This document shows positions 54,733 through 64,000 of a DNA stretch of 64,000 nt, piece by piece. The DNA lies in NCBI GenBank assembly GCA_964016885.1, contig OZ024741.1, positions 304,978,001 through 305,042,000 of the forward strand, in the 5' to 3' direction. Numbering within the stretch: the first letter of the stretch is position 1; every line of letters begins with the position of its first letter. The notes under the pieces are model-generated. The model searched no databases. It was not told the origin of the DNA and saw only the letters and a program-made list of their open reading frames with translations. Position numbers and translations under genes: made by a program. This stretch comes from Eledone cirrhosa (Eukaryota).

Positions 54733-54859
54733 GGTAGAACACTGGAAGGTAATATCCATAGTGGTAGAGCACTCAGTCCATGGGACGACTCGGTGTTCAT
54801 GCCTCTATGTTCTTTGTTGGGGTGTAATTTGTAGATTGCAGTGCCATGAACATTTTATA

Positions 54860-54937
54860 CAGAGTGTCCCCCCAAAATGTATACACACTTCAACAGCATT
54901 CTAATCAAAGTGTGTATACATTTTTGGTGACACTCTA
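54860..54937. mobile_element. Tiny Tc1/mariner MITE
   Basis: TA-cagagtgtccccccaaaatgtatacacactt ... aagtgtgtatacatttttggtgacactcta-TA, with ~30-bp TIRs. Confidence 0.8.
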
Positions 54938-55484
54938 TATTTATATATAAGTAATATATACACACATTTATATAACACACACCCACACATACATATATAT
55001 TACGATATACACTACCAGTTACCTGGTTGATCAAAAAAGAAGTGGGTGAGTTAGAAAAGTGCAGTATTGAATTTTTTTTTTCATTTTTGTATATTTCGCT
55101 TTCAATATTAATTGAGCTGATGGAATTTACAAGGGAGATAATCTTATCTCAGCCGATCTTAGGATCGAGCCAGGGAGTAAAAAAAAAATCAAAAGGAAAA
55201 AGAAGAAAATTCTTTTTTGAAAAAATCACAAACAAAAATCTTTTATTTTGGCAATGATAAAAAAGGTGGAAAAGGGAATGAAAAATAAATAAAACAAATA
55301 AAACAAAGAACTCTATTTACAGAAATCTGAAGTGTTGATTGATGACAAACAGTCCTGCATCTATTGTCCAATGTTGGTTTTTTAAAAATTAATTTACATC
55401 TACATACACACACACACACATATGTATATATGATATATATATATATATACACACACATGTATGTTTGTGTGTATACATATATAT

Positions 55485-55654
55485 ATAATAGGGGTGTATA
55501 TGTTTAAGTATAATAAACATACGAGAGCCTCGCTATCAAAGAAAAAATATTTTTTCGCTATGAAAAAGTAGTTTTTCTTTCTTTGATAGCAAAGTTCTCA
55601 TATGTTTATTGTATATAAACATGTAGTATATGCTTTCATATACACCTCTATTAT
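55485..55654. repeat. Degenerate ~170-bp palindrome next to a TA tract
   Basis: ataataggggtgtatatg...aataaacatacgagagcctcgctatcaaagaaa pairs with tttctttgatagcaaagttctcatatgtttatt...catatacacctctattat. Confidence 0.8.
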
Positions 55655-56008
55655 GCATAACACTGTCATATATGGCCTCTCACAATTTAAAAATTGAATA
55701 AAAGAAAACTATGTCTTGTTGCAGGCCCTAATCACCTTTTACTGCAAGAGGTGCCTAAAACCCTCATTATGATAAATAATACTCGATAAAATGTAAGATT
55801 GCATATCTCTTTGAGAAGCACAACCTCAGAGATCAATAGCAGACTATCAAACATAGCTAAACTATGTTCACAACCACCAGTATGGATCATGTTTGATGAA
55901 ATTGTTGTATTATACATATATTACATACATACATGCATACATTCATATTCATGTATATGTATTTATATATATATATATGTGAATATATGTGTGTGTATAT
56001 ATATATAA

Positions 56009-56039
<31 letters not shown>

Positions 56040-57434
56040 TATATATGGTGTGCATGTATGTATGGATCTGTATGTATTTCTGTATTCTATCAAGACAAGG
56101 ACAAAACCTTTAGAGATTTTACAGTAGGTGTTAAACATAGATATATATTTTGTTTGTTCTTCTCTTTGCAGAGCAAGTCTTATGTAATTCCAGTTGAGAT
56201 TTATTTGAATGATTATGACATTTGTTTACACACCCCTTGTTTACTTTCAATTACAGCCACTCCTTGCATAATCCCTGACTTTCATTCCATCCACCTCGTA
56301 AAGCAAACTGGTTAGAAAATGAACTTCTCAATTAACTCTTTTTGTCACTCTATTTCAATGAAGCACTGAAGAATTTTGACAGTAACTTAACATATGGTTC
56401 TTATAAAAAATTATGTTGGGAGATTTTAATTTAAATAGGTGATTTTATTTTGTAGATCCAGACATAGTTTTGACCAAGTTGGTATCAAAAGGGTTAATGG
56501 TGAATTTTTATGGATTTATTAAAATTACTAATTATTTCATTACTAAGATAGTAACATAGCATAAGGTTCTTATGTAAAATTATGTGGGAAGGTTTTAATT
56601 TAAATTGGAACCCTTTAAAATGGGTGGTTTTGTTTCCTAGTACCAGAGGTTGTTTTGGCTGGAATGACATCAAAATTGTTAATTGGCAATTTTGAAGGAT
56701 GTAATGAAATTATTAATTATTTCACTATTACAATAGTAACGTAATGTGTGTTTCTTATATAAATTTATGCCAGAAGATTTTAATAGAAAATCTTTAAAAT
56801 GTGTGGGTTTGTTTCATAGAATCAAATCCAGTTTTTGCCAGGTTGGTATCAATAGGGCTTGACAAAATTCCATTCCAAGGACCTGTTTGTAAAATCTTTA
56901 GATATTGTTTTAATGTCACTCAACATGAGATTATGAGATGTTACCAAGTGTCAGTTTTATATTAAATGAATTATCTGAACGAAGAAATGTGTAATGGTCT
57001 AATGGAAACACTATCTTGGTATATGTAAATATTTCATTTTTCAAAACCTTATAAAATAAAAAAAAACATTTTGAAATATAAAAAAAAAAGGATTTGCTAG
57101 ATAAAGAACATATAACAATATGTAACATATAAAAATTACATATAATAAATTTAAAAAGGACAAAACATATAACATATGTGTATGCAAAAAAATTACAGTT
57201 GTAAAACAAGAGTCATAAAATGGCTGTACTAACAAAATTGGAACTCTACCTCTCATTTCTTTTGAATGCTCTGCCATCAAAGATTTAATCTGAGCGATTT
57301 TGAATCTAATCTTGGTTAACCAGTACATATAAAACATGTAAAACAGTAATGAATCCTGCATGTCAATAGATTTTCAATATCCTTTTCATTTCTTGTTTAT
57401 AGGACAGCTTCTCTTGTGCTGATGTCATGACAAA

Positions 57435-57700
57435 GTGTACCCATTACATTGTGTAAAGTAGTAGTGCTGGTGCTACAATAAAATATACCCAGTATATTCT
57501 GTAAAATGGTAGTGTTCATGCCACAATACACTCTATAAAGTGGTTGGCATTAAGAATAGCATCCCGCCATAGAAATCATGCCAAATATGGAATATATGAG
57601 CAAGATTAGGTCTATCCAACAGATCTAGTCTTAGATTGTGACAACCCATCCAACCCGTGTCAGCATGAAAAGCAGATGTAAAATGATGATGGTGATGATG
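57435..57700 (+). mobile_element. Old SINE/RTE tail
   Basis: Degenerate ~48-bp units, then tggttggcattaagaatagcatcc...(gat)n. Confidence 0.65.
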
Positions 57701-58462
57701 TTGCAGCATCAAAGAAATCTACTTTTTCTCAAAGATAACTAATCACCTGAAACAGTCTCTGGTTCTATGATACAAAATTGTAAATTTTAAAATGTTTATA
57801 TTTATCTAAAAATCTTACACCATAATTTTACTTAAGAAACTTTCTTAGGTTATATTCCAAGCATGGAATTGTTATTGACAACATTAGTTATATTACTAAA
57901 TCCTTCCAAATTCTTGATTATTTCAAAAAGTAATCAAAAATCATAGGCAGTGTCTTTCATTAGAAATATGCTAACAAGAAGGTTAAGCAAACAATAGAGT
58001 TGCTATGCAGTTTGTGATATTGCATAATGTAACAAGCCAAATTTCCATTCATCAAAGGCTCTGCCATCTTTAAAACCAACATTGTGTTTAAGATCTAAAT
58101 ACTTGAATAACATGTCCACAGTAAAGACAGGATTACGACACAGCTAGAATATCAATAACAAGATGAAGTTTAACTTTTATCTGCAATACAGTACCTAAGG
58201 GTTTCTTTTAATGCTTTGATTAACTACTGTCCATTGGGATTCTCACCACAACCAACAACAAATATTTTTGCTCAATATTTTAGGGGTTAGGGGTTATGGG
58301 TCGTATACTAGAAGTAACAGGAGGGAACAGAGGGGCAAAATAACAGGTCCCCTTTTCTTGTGGAGATCTGAAGTTAGCAGGCATATGTCTGAGTTTGTGC
58401 AAAACATGGAATTTTTAGCCATAGTTTGGGTGAGTATGGTTAATGGATTTTGCATTTACATG

Positions 58463-58802
58463 GGAGGCACATGGCTTAGTGGTTAGAGCATTGGCCTTGC
58501 AATCGAAAGGTTGTGAGTTCAATTCTCAGAACAGGTGATGTGTTGTTTCCTTGAGCAAGACACTTTATTTCACATTGCTCCAGTTTACTCAGCTGTAGAA
58601 ATGAGATGATAGGGATTGGGGCCCATATCATTCCACTGCAAAGTGGTCGTGGAGGTGCCACGGCAAAAAAGCACTCAGCACTCACTGCAAATGAGGTTGG
58701 TGTTAGGAAGGGCATCCAGCTGTAGAAATCAAGCCAGAATCAGTTCCCGTCCCACCCTTGCAAGCAGGGAAAAAGCGGACGTAAAATGATGATGATGATG
58801 AC
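58463..58802 (+). mobile_element. tRNA-derived SINE, same family as 4386-4833, with a shorter tail
   Basis: A and B boxes, central domain, one fewer ~48-bp unit, (GAT)n end. Confidence 0.9.
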
Positions 58803-59062
58803 AAAGGTAATGTTCAGGAGGTGATGGACAAGGTAAGTGATTTTATATTTTCCACCTAGAAGTTTAATTCAATTTAATTAGCAACAATAACTCTATTTTA
58901 CACAACTATAAACTGTGTCTCACATTCTTGAATGATATTTATTTCAAAAATGAAGATGAATAACTTGTTACAAAACATCAATCACTAAATTCCAACTATC
59001 TTACCTTGTTTTGCATAGAGTTTACAAAATGGTTCTACATCTTTTATTGTAATGCTATAATG

Positions 59063-59406
59063 ATGGTTTCTAATTCAGGCACAAGGCCAGCAATTTGGGA
59101 GAAGATGGAAAAGTTGATTATACCAGACCCCCGCCAGTACTTGTCTGGTATTTTATTTTATCAACTATGGCAGGACAAAAGGCAAAGTTGACCTCAACAA
59201 GACTTGAAATTAGAAGATAAAGAGCTGTAAGTAAAGGCAGCAAACATTTAACCTGATGGTCTAATGATTTTGCTATAATAATGGTTTCTTATATAGGCAC
59301 AAGGCCAGCAATTTTGGGGGAGGGGGAAGTCGATTAAATCAACCCCAGTGCTTACTGGTACTTTATTTTATCGACCCTGTAAGGATGAAAGGCAAAACTA
59401 ACCTCA
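59063..59406 (-). mobile_element. Two tandem short-SINE copies
   Basis: atggtttct...ggcacaaggccagcaattt...ctggtactttattttatcgacc occurs twice. Confidence 0.75.
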
Positions 59407-60227
59407 ATAATAAGTAGAAGTAGTAGATTTGAAAACCAAATTTAAAACTAAATTTACAGCATAATATTTTTATTAGATCCAATTCTTCTGTCATGTAAAG
59501 CAAGTTTAAAAGCAAGTTTAAAATTTGTAATATTTTTGTATAGTTTCCATCAAATTCTTCATGTCAACAGGGATGGGGAGGGCAAGGGAATTTTGTTTTT
59601 TCAAGTATGTAAGTCAAATGACCTTCCAAATAGGTTAGTTATTTTCAATTAGATAGTCTAAAATAATCTGAGTAATTTGTCATTGTCATGATGGGGGAAT
59701 GGAACCATAGTCTCTTGCAAGGTTTGAACTCATGAACACAGGCATTGGGATTTGTTTTTAAAGAAAATTTTGAGATAATGTTAATAAAACTATAAGTAAT
59801 AACTGATTCTAAGTAGCAACTTCAAAACTATATTCTTTAACATTTTTGATACTAAACAGTCTAAACTCATCCCTGGTTCTATGATACAAAATTTGTTTGA
59901 AAGTGCTCATATTTATATATAAAAAACCTTCCAACATAATTTCATGTAAGAACCTTTGTTAAGTTCTGTTACAAACATTAACTTTACAATGAAGAAATTA
60001 CTAAATCCATCAAAATTCTTGATTATTTTCAAAAGAATTCAAAAATTATAGGCAGCATCTTTTATTAGAGATATGGTAATGAAAGGGTTAACTGATGTCT
60101 TCAGGAAAAACATTAGCACTGAAACATTTTACTGGCATTGCTGTTGTTGCTAAACTGATGAACCAAAGACTCAAAACTGTAGAGATAGCTACTAGTCTTT
60201 AGATGTAGAATGGATATACATTGGTTT

Positions 60228-60550
60228 CAACAATAATGAGTATTCCAGTTGTTTGATTAACAGAACAACCTACTCATGAAATTAGCAAGCAAGTTGCTGA
60301 GCATTCCACAGACATGTATACCCTTAATGTAATTCTCATAGAGATTCAGTGCGACAGTGTATGACAAGGCTAGCCTTTAGAATTACAGGTACAGTTCCCA
60401 CCGATAGGCTTTGAAATAGTTTCTGCTCACTGGCTTTGGTAAGTGTAGTAAGGTTGTAGTAAATGACACTTGTCCAAGATGCCACACAGTGGGACCAAAT
60501 CTGAGATTTTATGATTGTGAAGTGAGATTCTTAATCATTCAGTCAGGTTG
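60228..60550 (-). mobile_element. Old tRNA-SINE, related to 14950-15265 (+)
   Basis: Reverse complement of the ...ttaagggtacacatgtctgtgga...aactggaatactcatt type tail. Confidence 0.6.
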
Positions 60551-61142
60551 TGTCTATACTTTTTATATATATATAATTTTCTAGCAACACTACCGGAATT
60601 TACGAGAAGAAATGAAAGCTGAATTATTCCCGGCAGCCAAATTTGAAAAACACGTCATTAAGTTAACAAGCATCTTATTAATTTATACAGTAAAAACTAA
60701 TATTCTAACACTGAAGCATTCACTACTCACCCACTTTTAAAGCTGAGGAGTTACACATAGTTAGGTGATGGTGCTCTGTTAAACACTGCAGTTAGGGTCA
60801 ACCTGTGCTGTGCTTACTATTGTGAGAGAAAAGAAGTCTAAGATGTGGAATATACAGATAGTCTCAGCATTTTAGATGGAATCAGTTTGATATAAATGAA
60901 AACAATGATGCAGTTTTAGCAGGTCGAATGATTTACAAAGAAGTTTCTTTGTCGGTTTACAGCCTTTAAATATTATATGATGAGCTACATTCAACAGATA
61001 TATTTTGCCATAACAAAGAGAACTTATGCATCAAAGTTTAAATCATATTTAGAGAGAGAGAGAGGGAAGCATGGGAAAGTGATAAAACTTTAAAAGAAAA
61101 TTATTGATTTGGTGATTTGGTGTCATTGTATATATATATATA

Positions 61143-61497
61143 TATTAGAAAGTGAGGTTTTTTTTACAAAATAAAAAATAACCGAGGTGTCCTACACGAG
61201 TGGAAGTATAAAGAAAAAGAGATGAAATCGAAAATGCAACTGGAGTCTTATTTTAAAAAAAAATATATATATTTATTTGGTTCCTTTACCGGTTTCGCAG
61301 TTCTTCTGCTTTTCAAAAGTAGAGTTGAGATGGAGGGTCTGTGGTTTTTCTCACATGTGAGAAAAACCACAGACCCTCCATCTCAACTCACCTTTTGAAA
61401 AGCAGAAGAACTGCGAAACCGGTAAAGGAACCAAATAAATATATATATTTTTTTTAAAAATAAGACTCCAGTTGCATTTTCGATTTCATCCCTTTTT

Positions 61498-61504
<7 letters not shown>
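61143..61504 (-). mobile_element. TA-flanked pLTR-like element forming a spacerless ~298-bp palindrome
   Basis: Arms 61207-61355 and 61356-61504, centre tcaca|tgtga. Each arm carries GAAAC-CG-GTA-aaggaacc-aAATAAA. An unpaired extension runs 61143-61206. Confidence 0.8.
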
Positions 61505-61547
<43 letters not shown>

Positions 61548-61566
61548 ATATATATGTGTGTGTGTG

Positions 61567-61607
<41 letters not shown>

Positions 61608-62599
61608 TTGTGTGTGTATATATATACCCACACATACAGAGATAGGTAAAATCCTGACTGTGGCGCCAAACAATTTCAGCACTGCAGACTCGCTCTCTAT
61701 ATATATAGATATATGTATATTTATGAATACATATTATGATTAAGAAAAAAAAAAAGCTATTTAACATCATACAGACATCCCCACTCGCTATGGTGGTCTC
61801 ATGACATTCAAATCAGAGAGCCACAGTTTGAGTCCTTTTCTCAGCAGAATGCTTTCATGGAACAGTATATCAGTTATAATAAGAGATACTGGTCAAAAGA
61901 TTCAAGTTAAATCTTACTTAGCATACTGGATGTGAACCAGTTTTCTGTTCCGGAGTTGATCACTTAAGTGACAAGGCCATACTGATGGCCCTAAAACAAT
62001 ATTTTATGCATATATGTGTACATCAGTACTGGATTAAGGTAGCTGGCTGAGTAGGTTGCAGCCAGGGGCTTCCATAGTATTTAAAGAACTCCAAATTAAT
62101 TTCTTTGTTACCATAAATAATATGCAAGTCCCTGAAGAAATTTTCAGCCAATTATCATACAAGCTTAATTCACCCCCGGTGGACATACATATACATATGC
62201 ACGAGTGTGTCTCTCTGTGTGTGTGTATGTGCAGTAATTTGTCTTTTTGTTATAAAAAAAACAAAAAAATAACAAAACATAAGAGTATGCTTATGTCGGA
62301 AGTGCATGGAATTTGATGTGTTTAATGCATGTGCTGCAAACCAGATTGCAAGCTCATACATGTAGGGTTAATACAGCACCTTAATATGAGAATGGGTAAA
62401 CAGAAACTATGTGTATGGTGTTTATAATCCTAGTTATAACACACACACACACATTTATACATATGTAGCCAATAATGCTTGGATTACATTTCATGGTGGT
62501 GGTGGTGGTGGTATGTGTTAGGGGGAACAAGTGGTTAATTTAACAATAACAACATACAGATAAAATAATAAATAAAAATTTCAAAGTTGTACTTATTTG

Positions 62600-62830
62600 G
62601 CAGCAAGTGTCTTGATCCAAAATGTGATGAAACTAAAGCAATTACACCATGGTAGGGTCATTTAACTACAGTTGTACTTGTCTGGTAAGTAACTTGATCT
62701 GAGATGGTGTGATGAAACTAAAGCAATTACACCATGGTAGAGTCCTTTGACCACAGTTGTACTTGTCTGGCAAGCAGCTTGATCTCAGACCAGTTGTTGA
62801 ATCTAAAGCAATTACATTGTGGAAGAGGCA
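62600..62830. repeat. ~85-bp tandem repeat, about 2.7 copies
   Basis: cttgatc...gaaactaaagcaattacaccatggtag...cagttgtacttgtctgg is repeated. Confidence 0.8.
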
Positions 62831-63456
62831 TTTAATTTAATGCCCCTAATGACTCTGCCAATTCACCACCTAAAAAAACATACATAAAAACTGTTAATTT
62901 CCCTTTACTGGTGTCAAAACTTTTGATACATTGTTTGCGAGGTGATCACTGACATAGTCTCACTGCTATGCAGTGGTAAGTAACCAAATCAACCATATCA
63001 CAGCAAAAAATTTGATACCAGGAAATAAATGATAAACAAAGTATATTTAACATTCTTTTTTTACAGTATAACCAGATCAGTGACCAGACATCAAAACAAT
63101 TGCTTGTGTGTATCTTAAATGGCTAAAATAACTTTTCCACAATGTTATAAATAAAACTATTAAATAAATCTAGTGTGCTTAATTTGATTAGCTGTTTCAT
63201 AATTCCTCTGAGTGTAAAAGAAATTTCTATGATTCTTTTCTTTTTTTTATTTTACAAACAAGTTTACAAAGATAAACATTGGTGTGAATTGTGTGACATT
63301 ATTACAGAAAATTTTGCTAAGATTAGCAACTTCTTTTTTAAAAAATAAAAGTAGAATCCCAAGATTTTGTTCTTCAATGTTTCAAACAAAATGTACACAA
63401 CAGGTTTTTTTTCTTCTCTTTTAATAAGCATAAAAAATAGAAATGATTTGTATATA

Positions 63457-63632
63457 TATATTTGAAAAAAAAGAAAAGAATGACTTCACTTGTAGTTCTA
63501 AACAAATTGATTTAATTTTATAATATTATATTATAAAATTAAATCAATTTGTTTAGAACTACAAGTGAAGTCATTCTTTTCCTTTTTTTCAAATATACCT
63601 AACCGTACCAAGGATCTCACGCATTTTCCAAT
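63457..63632 (+). repeat. TA-flanked ~140-bp palindrome with a 35-bp unpaired extension
   Basis: Arms about 63457-63524 and 63529-63597 are nearly identical. Confidence 0.85.
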
Positions 63633-63650
63633 ATATATATATATATATAT

Positions 63651-63767
63651 ATAGGAACCAGTAAGACCCCGGGGTCTTACTGGTTCCTATTACCCACTCT
63701 ACTACCTCAAGTATTGAGTACTTTGGTGCGTTATGGTCCACCTGGTTCCTTACCACATTTCCTTCGT

Positions 63768-63768
<1 letters not shown>
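63651..63768 (+). mobile_element. pLTR-like family copy starting with a perfect 40-bp palindrome
   Basis: ATAGGAACCAGTAAGACCCC|GGGGTCTTACTGGTTCCTAT, then homology to the reverse complement of 4845-4940. Confidence 0.8.
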
Positions 63769-63789
<21 letters not shown>

Positions 63790-63798
<9 letters not shown>

Positions 63799-64000
63799 GT
63801 GAGGTTTTTTTGTTTTTTTTTTAAATGAAAAATAACTGAGGTGTCCTACACGAGTGAAAGTATAAAGAAAAAAAGATGAAATCGAAAATGCAACTGGAGT
63901 CTTATTTAAAAAAAAATATATATATTTATTTGGTTCCTTTACCGGTTTCGCAGTTCTTCTGCTTTTCAAAAGCAGAGTTGAGAAAAACCACAGACCCTCC
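63790..64000 (-). mobile_element. Second copy of the 61143 palindromic element (runs off the window)
   Basis: Direct repeat of 61143-61330 that then jumps to the 61361+ sequence across a TGAGA microhomology. Confidence 0.85.

Noticed and set aside
53814-54834. YI-rich ORFs, and similar HT/CV/SL/H-rich ORFs throughout the window
   Set aside because: They are translations of TA, CA, TC and CAT microsatellites.
57250-57361. Possible host exon (DSLLFYMFYMYWLTKIRFKIAQIKSLMAEHSKEMR), and 55736-55917
   Set aside because: No pyrimidine-rich acceptor, no recognisable domain and no consistent neighbouring exons. It cannot be excluded without RNA data.

Overview
AT-rich, microsatellite-dense eukaryotic genomic DNA. 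The repeat families look like those of an octopus or other cephalopod (inferred from recalled repeat types, not from a search). I found no confident host gene or RNA gene. Almost all ORFs in the track are translations of simple repeats. The real coding remnants are transposon fragments: RTE and CR1 LINEs, Buster/Charlie-type hAT, mariner and a Penelope-like GIY-YIG C-terminus. The centre of the window is a 16.4 kb array of a 16-bp satellite with higher-order structure. It ends in a fold-back hairpin and is followed by a composite of spacer plus 29-bp satellite. The most interesting signal is a dispersed set of short elements, mostly flanked by TA tracts, that carry minimal type I hammerhead-like ribozyme motifs usually followed by AATAAA, as in Penelope pseudo-LTRs and retrozymes. 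Several are fold-back palindromes whose turning point lies in the predicted ribozyme stem II or next to the predicted self-cleavage site. Other notable structures are a ~390-bp inverted duplication through a young SINE, a SINE/RTE pair sharing a variable-number tail, a probable head-to-tail Helitron junction, and a hAT-ended element carrying unrelated cargo. All alignments and folds were done by eye.
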